Source: an uncultured archaeon
GTDB lineage: Archaea; Iainarchaeota; Iainarchaeia; Iainarchaeales; Iainarchaeaceae
DNA length: 32,000 nucleotides
Reading direction: 5' to 3'
NCBI GenBank assembly: GCA_964577555.1
Contig: CAZNZM010000003.1
Coordinates: forward strand, 92,915-124,914
Shown: in pieces, positions 25,712 through 32,000 of the stretch
How positions within the stretch are numbered: the stretch's first letter is position 1
How the letters are laid out: each line of letters begins with the position of its first letter
Notes under the pieces: generated by a model
What the model was told of the DNA's origin: nothing
The model's input: the letters and a program-made list of their open reading frames with translations, nothing else
Databases searched by the model: none
Position numbers and translations under genes: made by a program

Positions 25712-26128
25712 TCACCTTTTGAGAATTCCAAGGGCTTCCCTGAAAACTTTTTTGTTGTCTTCATGGGTGAGCATTGATTCTACTTTTTCCTCTTCCACCC
25801 ATTGAAACGAATCGTGTTCTATTATTTCTTGTGTAAGGTCGATTGGTTCTGACATGTCAGCCTTGACCAAAAAAGGCGTGTAGTGGTATTCCAAATTTTT
25901 TGCAGTCCATGAAATCCTGGCTTGCAACCTTGAAAAAATCCTGGCTTTTAAAAGTCCTGTTTCTTCGCATATTTCCCGCAACACTGCTTGTTCCGGGTTT
26001 TCGCCTTCATCAATTCCGCCTTTGCAAAACTCCCACCCAACCCAATTTAATACTCTGTGCAAAAGCAGAAAATATCTTTTTCCGTTCTTTTCGTCAAATA
26101 TAATTGCTGTTACACCGTATTTTTTCAT
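25712..26128 (-). CDS. NUDIX hydrolase
   Basis: The NUDIX box is GGIDEGENPEQAVLREICEETGL. I trimmed the start to the ATG at 26128 (MKKYGVTAIIF), which has a TTTATATA box 27 nt upstream. Confidence 0.9.
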   Translation of the reverse strand: MKKYGVTAIIFDEKNGKRYFLLLHRVLNWVGWEFCKGGIDEGENPEQAVLREICEETGLLKARIFSRLQARISWTAKNLEYHYTPFLVKADMSEPIDLTQEIIEHDSFQWVEEEKVESMLTHEDNKKVFREALGILKR

Positions 26129-26151
26129 ATTCAAAAAAATATGTGTTGTAT

Positions 26152-26159
26152 TATATAAA
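26152..26159 (-). promoter_or_regulatory. TATA box (TTTATATA) of the NUDIX-acyP operon, implying a leaderless transcript
   Basis: The revcomp of 26152-26159 is TTTATATA, centred 27 nt upstream of the ATG at 26128, with no SD. Confidence 0.5.
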
Positions 26160-26446
26160 TCATAATGTAAAACTTGTAAAATAATGTAAAATACGCTTTC
26201 AACTTTGAAATTTATTTTTTTTCTCTTTTTTTTGGCATAATTCATTCGTTTTAGCTTTTTTAGTTATTTGGTTTGAATTTGCTGGTTTTTTGCTTGTTTT
26301 TCTTGTTCAATTTTTTTTACAAATTTTATTTTTTTTTTAATTCAAATTGTTTTGTGGGTTGTTTTTTTATTTTTTCTTGGCATTTTTTTTGTTTTGTTTT
26401 AATTATTTTTTTTGTCTTTGTTGGCTTGGTTTTTTTGGGGTTTTGT

Positions 26447-26526
26447 TTTTTTTGTTGAGCCAATGTTGTTTTTTTATTAGTATATTTTTTTGGCTAACTA
26501 ATTTTTTTGCCAAGTTTTTTTTGTAA
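26447..26526 (+). repeat. 80-bp perfect direct repeat, copy 1
   Basis: The sequence tttttttgttgagccaatgttgtttttttattagtatatttttttggctaactaatttttttgccaagttttttttgtaa is identical, base for base, to 26680-26759. Confidence 0.95.
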
Positions 26527-26679
26527 GCCGATTTTTTTGTGTTGTTTTTTTTGTGATTTTATTTTTTTTTAATTTTAAATTGTTTTGTCTTTTTTTTGTC
26601 TTGTTTTTTTTGTTTGTTTTTGGCGAGCCGTTTTATTTTTTTATTTTTTTTGTTTGAAATTTTGTTTTTTTTCGGGCTA

Positions 26680-26759
26680 TTTTTTTGTTGAGCCAATGTT
26701 GTTTTTTTATTAGTATATTTTTTTGGCTAACTAATTTTTTTGCCAAGTTTTTTTTGTAA
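26680..26759 (+). repeat. 80-bp perfect direct repeat, copy 2 (offset 233 bp)
   Basis: Identical to 26447-26526 by manual alignment. Confidence 0.95.
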
Positions 26760-26885
26760 ACTGTTTTTTTCAGTTATTTTTTGTGAATTTGTTTTTTTAG
26801 CCTTGTTTTTTTGTTTTTGTCTAGGCTATTTTTTGGGTCATTTTTTTGTTTTTGTTTTTTAAATGGTTTTCATCTGTCTAATATT

Positions 26886-27953
26886 ATGGAATCATTCGGG
26901 GTTGTGATAGAGGAGAAAAAAGCTCAGGATTTGCTTGTTTTTCTTTCTTCTGAAGGATTGTTGAATCATTCTTTAAAGCCAAAAAAAGAAGATAAGAAGA
27001 TAGTTTTTCCTGTTTGTGAAGATGCAAAAAAATTTTTTGAAAAATTGTCTGAAAATTTTCCAAGTGTGAAAGCCGGTGTTTTTGATTTTGAAGAAAGGCG
27101 CAGAAAGCCGCATAGTCTTAAAGATGCTTTGAAAGGCGTTTTGAATGATTCTGAATTGAAGTTTTGCCCTTCTTCTTTTGATACTATTGGCGATTGCGCC
27201 ATACTTGAGCTTGAAGAGGAAATAAAGTCAAAGGCGAAAATAATTGGCGAGGCTTTGCTTGGTTTTAATCCTTCAATAAAAACGGTTTATTTAAAGACCG
27301 GTGCGCATCAAGGAGTTTTTCGCGAGGAACCTGTCAAGTATGTTTGTGGTGAAAAAAAAGATTATGCTTTTTATAAGGAGCATGGTTGTGTTTTCAGGGT
27401 TTCTGTTGGAAAGGTTTTTTTTACTCCGAGGCTTTCAACCGAAAGAAAAAGGATTGCCGGTTTGATTAAGCCTGGTGAAAGGGTTGCTTGTCTTTTTGCC
27501 GGTGTCGGTCCTTTTCCAATTGTTTTTGCAAAAAACTCGAAAATGTTTGAAGCTGTTGCAATAGAACTTAATCCTGTTGCTTTTGAGGATTTGAAAGAAA
27601 ATATAAAGTTGAACAAGGTTGAGGGCAAGATAAGGCCTTTTCTTGGTAATGTCAAGGATTTTTCTTTTGACAAGGATTTTTTAGGAAAGTTTGACAGGGT
27701 TGTAATGCCTTTGCCTAAAGGCGGAGAAGATTTTCTTGATGATGCGATAAGGTTTGTCAAGCCTGAAGGCGGTGTTATTCATTATTATCAATTTGTTTCG
27801 GTTGATGCTCCTTTTGTTGTTCCAAGGAGACAGATTGCCAATGCGTGTGCTAAGGCAAATAAAAAATTTGAGGTTGTTGGAGAGAAAAAAGTCAGGGATT
27901 ATTCTCCAGAAATGATTCAGGTTGTTGTTGATTTTAAGGTTTGGAGTGTTTAG
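26886..27953 (+). CDS. trm5: tRNA (guanine37-N1)-methyltransferase Trm5 / Taw22 (Met-10+ family)
   Basis: Motifs are VFFTPRLSTERKRI, the SAM motif CLFAGVGPFPI and the catalytic ELNPVA. I trimmed the start from 26811 to the ATG at 26886, because the upstream part translates the T-rich repeat as a Phe-rich artefact. Confidence 0.88.
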   Translation: MESFGVVIEEKKAQDLLVFLSSEGLLNHSLKPKKEDKKIVFPVCEDAKKFFEKLSENFPSVKAGVFDFEERRRKPHSLKDALKGVLNDSELKFCPSSFDTIGDCAILELEEEIKSKAKIIGEALLGFNPSIKTVYLKTGAHQGVFREEPVKYVCGEKKDYAFYKEHGCVFRVSVGKVFFTPRLSTERKRIAGLIKPGERVACLFAGVGPFPIVFAKNSKMFEAVAIELNPVAFEDLKENIKLNKVEGKIRPFLGNVKDFSFDKDFLGKFDRVVMPLPKGGEDFLDDAIRFVKPEGGVIHYYQFVSVDAPFVVPRRQIANACAKANKKFEVVGEKKVRDYSPEMIQVVVDFKVWSV

Positions 27954-27961
27954 TTTTTGTT

Positions 27962-28861
27962 TTATGTTTTTTGTTGTGTAACAAGTCCTGCTTTTTCAAG
28001 CAAGTTTTGGTAATTCAAATCTGCTTGTTTTTGGATGTGTTCTATTTGTTCTGGATTCAAGTGTTTGAATCTTTTTTGCAATTCTAATGCTTCTTTGACG
28101 GGTTTTGGGTTTGCAGGGTTGAAATTTAGTTTGTATTTGCCGTCTTCTATTTCGTATAAAAACCAGAGTCTGGATTGGACGTTAAGTTTTGCGACTTTCA
28201 TTGTTATTCCGCCTTCAAATCCAGCGCCTAGACAGCATGGGCTGTCAATTACTATGAATGTTGGACCATTGATTTCTTTTGCTTTTTTCAATTTCATTTG
28301 CAAGTCTGCATAATAAGCGATTGATGCTGATGCCACGTATTTTATTCCGTGTGCTGCCGCTATTTCAGCTATTGGTTTTCTTTCGGTTTCTTTTCCTTTG
28401 TGCAATTTTCCGACTTGTGTTGTTGTAGTGGCTGCGCCGTATGGTGTTGCGCCTGATTTTTGCACTCCTGTGTTTGCGTAAAGTTGATTGTCATAGCAAA
28501 CGTATAGTACATTGTCGTTTCTTTCAAACATTCCGCTCATTGCTCCGAAGCCAATATCGTATGTGGCGCCGTCTCCTGCAATTACTACTACTTTGGTGTG
28601 GTTGTTTCCTTGTGCTTTTAGTGCTCTGGCTACGCCTGATGCGACTGCTGGGGCGTTTTGGAAGAGCGAGTGTATATATGGGACTCTCCAGGAACTTTGA
28701 GGGTATTGTGAGGATGTGATTTCCATGCATCCTGTTGCTTGTACAATAATTATGTCTTTGCCGAGTGTATCGGTTACTTGTATTAGTGCGTTGCTTGGAC
28801 CGCAACCTGGGCAACCAGAGTGCCCTGGCGAGTATAAGTGCATTTCGCTTTGTTTGCTCAT
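27962..28861 (-). CDS. porB: 2-oxoacid (pyruvate/2-ketoisovalerate-type):ferredoxin oxidoreductase, beta (TPP-binding) subunit
   Basis: Motifs are GCPGCG and GDGATYDIGFG (TPP motif). GGTGA lies 5 nt upstream of the ATG at 28861. Confidence 0.9.
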   Translation of the reverse strand: MSKQSEMHLYSPGHSGCPGCGPSNALIQVTDTLGKDIIIVQATGCMEITSSQYPQSSWRVPYIHSLFQNAPAVASGVARALKAQGNNHTKVVVIAGDGATYDIGFGAMSGMFERNDNVLYVCYDNQLYANTGVQKSGATPYGAATTTTQVGKLHKGKETERKPIAEIAAAHGIKYVASASIAYYADLQMKLKKAKEINGPTFIVIDSPCCLGAGFEGGITMKVAKLNVQSRLWFLYEIEDGKYKLNFNPANPKPVKEALELQKRFKHLNPEQIEHIQKQADLNYQNLLEKAGLVTQQKT

Positions 28862-28865
28862 TTTT

Positions 28866-30017
28866 TCACCCTTTCATTGAAGCTCTTGGAGCTTCTGTTG
28901 CAATCCATTGTTTTGTAGGATTTCCTTTCAATTTTTCAAATATTTCTTTTATGTGGCTTCTTTTTACTCCTCTTCCGCCTAATCCTCCGTAAAAGCTTGA
29001 AACCAAGCTGTTTGTTCCGTTTAGTGCTTCAAGAACTTCTAAATATACTGGTGCTTGTCCGCCTATGCTTAAATCCCTGTCAATGACTCCTACTCTTTTT
29101 CCTGAAAGCGTTTTTCTTAGTTCTTCTCTTGGAAATGGTCTAAAGACTCTCAAATGTAATGCTCCGACTTTTTCGCCGTTTGCTCTTAGTTCGTCAACCA
29201 CGTTCATTACGTTATCCATTACTGAACCAAGTCCTACAATGACTCTTTCAGCGTCTTCCACTTTGTATTCTCTTATGAGTCCATATTCTCTGCCTGTGAG
29301 TTCGCCCCATTTTTTTCCGGCTTCTTCTAAAAGTTTTTTTGCTTCTTGCATGTCTTTTACCAAGTCTTCTCTGAATATTTGATAGTGTGTCGGATTGGCA
29401 TAGACTCCGAGGCTTATTGGGTTTTCAGGGTCAAGTTTCAATGGGTATTTGTATGGAGGCAAAAATTTTTGGATTGTTTCTTCATCAGGAACGTCCACTT
29501 GTTCAACTGCGTGTGTTAGGTAGTGTCCGTCAACACACACCATTGTTGGCAAAAGGATTTTTTCTGCAACGTAATATGCTTGCGGTATGGAATCAACCGC
29601 TTCTTGGTTGTTTTTGCAATAAATCTGTATCCAGCCTGTGTCCCGTTGGCTTATCGAGTCTTGTTCATCGTTCCAAATGTTTAAAGGCGAACTAACTGCC
29701 CTGTTGCCATTTAATATTACGATTGGCAGCCTCATTCCTGATGCGCTGAAAAGCGGTTCATGCATGTATAGTAGTCCTTGTCCTCCTGTTGTTGTAAATG
29801 TTCTTGCGCCCGCGGCACTGGCTCCTATGAGAGCGGAAATTGCTGAAAATTCTGCTTCTACTGTAATATATTCTGGTATTTTTCCGTCTGCGTGGTATTG
29901 GCTGAGTTCCGCAGTGAGTGAGGTTGTGGGTGTTATTGGGTAGCATGCAACTACTTGGGGTTTGCAATTAACAACCACTTCTGCAATTGCTTTTGTGCCT
30001 TCTTTGGTTTTTATCAT
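28866..30017 (-). CDS. porA: 2-oxoacid:ferredoxin oxidoreductase, alpha subunit
   Basis: AVACYPITPTTS, TTTGGQGL and its size and position between the delta and beta subunits support the call. GTGAT lies 7 nt upstream of the ATG at 30017. Confidence 0.9.
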   Translation of the reverse strand: MIKTKEGTKAIAEVVVNCKPQVVACYPITPTTSLTAELSQYHADGKIPEYITVEAEFSAISALIGASAAGARTFTTTGGQGLLYMHEPLFSASGMRLPIVILNGNRAVSSPLNIWNDEQDSISQRDTGWIQIYCKNNQEAVDSIPQAYYVAEKILLPTMVCVDGHYLTHAVEQVDVPDEETIQKFLPPYKYPLKLDPENPISLGVYANPTHYQIFREDLVKDMQEAKKLLEEAGKKWGELTGREYGLIREYKVEDAERVIVGLGSVMDNVMNVVDELRANGEKVGALHLRVFRPFPREELRKTLSGKRVGVIDRDLSIGGQAPVYLEVLEALNGTNSLVSSFYGGLGGRGVKRSHIKEIFEKLKGNPTKQWIATEAPRASMKG

Positions 30018-30036
30018 TAATTATCACTTGTTTTTT

Positions 30037-30288
30037 TTAACTTTCCTCGATTCTTTTCATTTCAATGCATTTTACTGGGCATTCGTTTGCGCATATGCTG
30101 CATCCTTTGCAATATTCATAATCTATTTCTGGAATTTTTTTTACTTCTCCCATTATTCCTTCTGGGCAGAAGTTTTGGCAGATTCCGCATTTGATGCATT
30201 TGTCTCCATTAACTATTGGCATGTATGCTTTCCATTCACCTGTCAGGTTTGTGACACTTGAACCTGGTTTTGCGTGCGGTATTATCAT
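30037..30288 (-). CDS. porD: 2-oxoacid:ferredoxin oxidoreductase, delta subunit (2x[4Fe-4S] ferredoxin)
   Basis: Two cluster motifs are present: CIKCGICQNFCP and CKGCSICANECP. I trimmed the start to the ATG at 30288, which overlaps the gamma-subunit stop as ATGA. Confidence 0.88.
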   Translation of the reverse strand: MIIPHAKPGSSVTNLTGEWKAYMPIVNGDKCIKCGICQNFCPEGIMGEVKKIPEIDYEYCKGCSICANECPVKCIEMKRIEES

Positions 30289-30851
30289 TTTGCCACCGCC
30301 TTTTCGACTTTTGTGAGATCGTATGTTTCTTGTACTGCATTTATATTTGCTGTAATGATTGATTCTGGAAGTTTGCCTGTGAAATTGGCTTGTATTGCTT
30401 TTTTTATTGAATCCAATTTGACAATGCCTGTTACTTTGCAAAATGCTCCAAGCATGACTGTGTTAAGTATCAATTTTTTAAAATTTTTAAGTGCGACTTC
30501 GGTTCCGTCTACTGTAAAAATTCTTTTTGCTTTTAGCCCGAGTTCTTCGGGTTTTTTTGGCGAATTCACTATCAGTATTCCGTTTGGTTTCAGGCCTGCA
30601 CATACGTCTACTGATTCCAATATTGATGGGTCTCCAACTACAACAACGTCCGGTTCAGCGATTTCTTCATGGATTGTTATAGGTTTATCGTCAATCCTGC
30701 AATATGCTTCAACTGGCGGTCCTCTTTTTTCCGAGCCAAAAAAAGGAAAAGCTTGGCTGTATTTGCCTTCCAAATTGGCGGCGTATGCAATAAGTTCCGC
30801 GCCTGTAACCATACCTTGTCCGGCTCTTCCATGTAATCTGATTTCTTTCAT
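30285..30851 (-). CDS. porC: 2-oxoacid:ferredoxin oxidoreductase, gamma subunit
   Basis: MKEIRLHGRAGQGMVTGAELIA is the typical gamma N-terminus. The ATG at 30851 has a TTTATATA box 27 nt upstream. Confidence 0.88.
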   Translation of the reverse strand: MKEIRLHGRAGQGMVTGAELIAYAANLEGKYSQAFPFFGSEKRGPPVEAYCRIDDKPITIHEEIAEPDVVVVGDPSILESVDVCAGLKPNGILIVNSPKKPEELGLKAKRIFTVDGTEVALKNFKKLILNTVMLGAFCKVTGIVKLDSIKKAIQANFTGKLPESIITANINAVQETYDLTKVEKAVAK

Positions 30852-30874
30852 GTAAATTATCAAACGCAAGAAAC

Positions 30875-30882
30875 TATATAAA
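30875..30882 (-). promoter_or_regulatory. TATA box (TTTATATA) of the oxidoreductase operon, implying a leaderless transcript
   Basis: The revcomp of 30875-30882 is TTTATATA, centred about 27 nt upstream of the ATG at 30851. Confidence 0.5.
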
Positions 30883-30915
30883 GATTACGTTAAATGTACA
30901 ACAAAAAATCGTCAA

Positions 30916-31218
30916 TCAACTTATAACCCAGTTGTAGAATTTTTTGTTTGCTTCTGTTTGAAAAACAAGAATGCATGGGGTTTCATATGGGTGGAGTTGT
31001 ATTAGTTTTTTTTTCATGTTTTTTGTTTTTTTTTGTGAAACCTTGAATATTGCCACGATTTCTTTGGCAGAGGTTTTTTTGCCTTTCCATTTGTAATAGG
31101 AATTGCTTTGAATGATATTGGCGCATGCTATGAGGTTGTTAGCCAATAGGTAATTTATTACTTTTTCGGCGGTTTTTTTGTCTGGGAAAGGACAGTAAAC
31201 CAAATTGATTTTACCCAT
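30916..31218 (-). CDS. cutA: Divalent-cation tolerance protein CutA
   Basis: LVYCPFPDKKTAEKV, LIACANI and LHPYETPCI are typical of CutA1 at 100 aa. GTGAT lies 5 nt upstream of the ATG. Confidence 0.88.
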   Translation of the reverse strand: MGKINLVYCPFPDKKTAEKVINYLLANNLIACANIIQSNSYYKWKGKKTSAKEIVAIFKVSQKKTKNMKKKLIQLHPYETPCILVFQTEANKKFYNWVIS

Positions 31219-31228
31219 TCAAATCACT

Positions 31229-31516
31229 TTAATTTTTTGGAAAATTGATGTTAAATATGGTTGTCAAAACGTAATAAATCAGCAGTGCAAAGACTATTAT
31301 TCCAAAGACAATGGCTATTATGCTCAATATATTCAAAAAAAGGCTTTCTCCTTTGCGTAACACGACTTTTTCTTCCAAGTTTTTGGCGTTGTCAAGTATT
31401 TCTTTGGCTTTCACAGATTCAGAGTCTTCGTCAAGCTCTGGCTTGTCTTCTATCTCACCTTCTATATAAATTTCCTTGGAATTTGTTTCGTTTTTCGTTT
31501 CTTCTTTTTCAGCCAT
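31229..31516 (-). CDS. Small tail-anchored protein: acidic N-terminal region and one C-terminal TM, function unknown
   Basis: The ATG at 31516 (MAEKEETKNE...) has TTTATATT (revcomp of 31539-31546) centred about 26 nt upstream, matching the leaderless pattern of other first genes. The track start at 31555 lacks such a box. The TM is LFLNILSIIAIVFGIIVFALLIYYVL. Confidence 0.65.
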   Translation of the reverse strand: MAEKEETKNETNSKEIYIEGEIEDKPELDEDSESVKAKEILDNAKNLEEKVVLRKGESLFLNILSIIAIVFGIIVFALLIYYVLTTIFNINFPKN

Positions 31517-31538
31517 TTTAAAAATTACAATAATGTTT

Positions 31539-31546
31539 AATATAAA
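31539..31546 (-). promoter_or_regulatory. TATA box (TTTATATT) for the small-protein/cutA unit
   Basis: The spacing to the ATG at 31516 is about 26 nt, the same geometry as at 26152 and 30875. Confidence 0.45.
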
Positions 31547-31646
31547 TTTACTCATTAGGTTTGTTTGTTTTTTTGCGAGGGTTTTTTCTTTTTTTGTTTT
31601 TTTAATGTTTTTTTGTTTGTTTATTTTTTAGACATTTTTTAATTTA

Positions 31647-31701
31647 AAATTGTTTTGTCTTTTTTTGTGGCTTGGTTTTTTTATGGAATTTGTTTTTTTT
31701 T
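31647..31701 (+). repeat. 55-bp perfect direct repeat, copy 1 (period 299 bp)
   Basis: aaattgttttgtctttttttgtggcttggtttttttatggaatttgttttttttt is identical to 31946-32000. Confidence 0.93.
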
Positions 31702-31945
31702 TAGCAAGCCAAATTTTTTTGAGACTTTTTTTAATTCTTTTTTTGATTTTTGTTTTTTTTGTTTGAAATTATTTTTTGCGAGCCGTTTTTTTTTGGCGTA
31801 TTTTTCATTTTTTTGTTGTATTTCTGCTTTTTTGCAAGCCAATTTTTTTATTTTTGAAATTTAATTTGTTTTTTTTTGTTTGGTGTTTTTTTTTGAATTT
31901 GTTTTTTTGTGTTGTTTTTTTTTGTGATTTTATTTTTTTAATTCC

Positions 31946-32000
31946 AAATTGTTTTGTCTTTTTTTGTGGCTTGGTTTTTTTATGGAATTTGTTTTTTTTT
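31946..32000 (+). repeat. 55-bp perfect direct repeat, copy 2 (truncated by the window end)
   Basis: Identical to 31647-31701 by manual alignment. The identity may continue beyond the window. Confidence 0.93.

Larger units (their letters stand above)
26246..26870 (+). repeat. T-rich intergenic repeat block D, the largest, between divergent gene starts
   Basis: It contains the AAATTGTTTTGT module at 26344, 26401 (variant) and 26577. GC islands are GCGAGCC at 26623, GTAAGCC at 26523 and TTGAGCC at 26455 and 26688. It also holds an internal 80-bp perfect duplication. Confidence 0.8.
31556..32000 (+). repeat. T-rich intergenic repeat block E, running to the window edge
   Basis: GC islands are GCAAGCC at 31704 and 31834 and GCGAGCC at 31778. 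The module AAATTGTTTTGTCTTTTTTTGTGGCTTGGTTTTTTT occurs at 31647 and 31946. Confidence 0.8.

Noticed and set aside
26246-26870. CRISPR-array interpretation of the repeated T-rich modules
   Set aside because: The repeats are not short identical units separated by unique spacers of similar size. The periods are 233 and 299 bp, the units are mosaics, and the intervening sequence is itself repeat-like. No cas genes or leader are present.
30289-30441. N-terminal extension of the delta-subunit ORF to 30441, and similar extensions at 3705-3731, 14779-14802, 22785-22802, 23789-23842, 25704-25715 and 26129-26245
   Set aside because: The extensions overlap upstream genes or promoters and add non-homologous residues. 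The internal ATGs have proper SD, ATGA-coupling or TATA geometry.
28035-30855. Antisense and off-frame ORFs across the oxidoreductase operon (for example 30274..30855 at 193 aa, 28524..28814, 29065..29382, 29962..30261)
   Set aside because: They overlap motif-verified por subunit genes and show no motifs of their own. The 193-aa ORF is the exact shadow of the gamma subunit.
31668-31711. Possible hairpin from the 7-bp inverted repeat TGGCTTG (31668-31674) / CAAGCCA (31705-31711)
   Set aside because: The stem is only 7 bp with a 30-nt T-rich loop. The pairing partner is not consistently present at other module copies, so a conserved RNA or DNA structure is unsupported.
1-32000. Search for tRNA, rRNA, transposase/integrase genes, terminal inverted repeats or known defence genes
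   Set aside because: No GC-rich cloverleaf-capable segment, rRNA-like sequence, recombinase or nuclease/ATPase defence motif was seen on either strand. The window appears to lack them, but this was a by-eye scan, not a covariance-model search.

Overview
This is an AT-rich, gene-dense archaeal chromosome segment. The archaeal markers are diphthine synthase, a Trm5/Taw22-type tRNA methyltransferase, DUF63/DUF357-like genes, TTTATATA boxes about 27 nt upstream of first-gene ATGs, and GGTGA Shine-Dalgarno sites inside operons. Compactness and gene content suggest a small-genome DPANN-like archaeon, but that is inference only.

I call 28 CDS:
- A 9-kb minus-strand operon of three very large envelope proteins (336-9315).
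- A carbohydrate cassette (9814-18276): a GH130-like glycosidase/phosphorylase, a GT4 fused to an uncharacterised C-terminal domain, a PfkB kinase fused to a NagB-type GlcN-6-P deaminase, a PIG-L deacetylase, a second GT4, and a GDE_C-type glycosidase.
- Housekeeping genes: ScpA, AhcY, PanD, a PfkB kinase, Adk, DUF63, Dph5, DUF357, AcyP, a NUDIX hydrolase, Trm5, a four-subunit 2-oxoacid:ferredoxin oxidoreductase (gamma-delta-alpha-beta) and CutA.

I found no rRNA, tRNA, CRISPR array, transposase, integrase or recognisable defence gene.

Three things stand out:
1. Five 0.2-0.6 kb blocks are extremely T-rich on the + strand and share sequence modules. They fill every large intergenic gap, always in the same orientation regardless of flanking gene direction, and cut the window into modules of about 5-9 kb. 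They include an 80-bp perfect duplication and a 299-bp periodic repeat.
2. The giant surface-protein operon has three complementary membrane topologies and no enzymatic motifs.
3. The two fusion enzymes of the sugar cassette suggest a GlcNAc/GlcN salvage route.

All homology calls rest on motifs read by eye. No database search was run.
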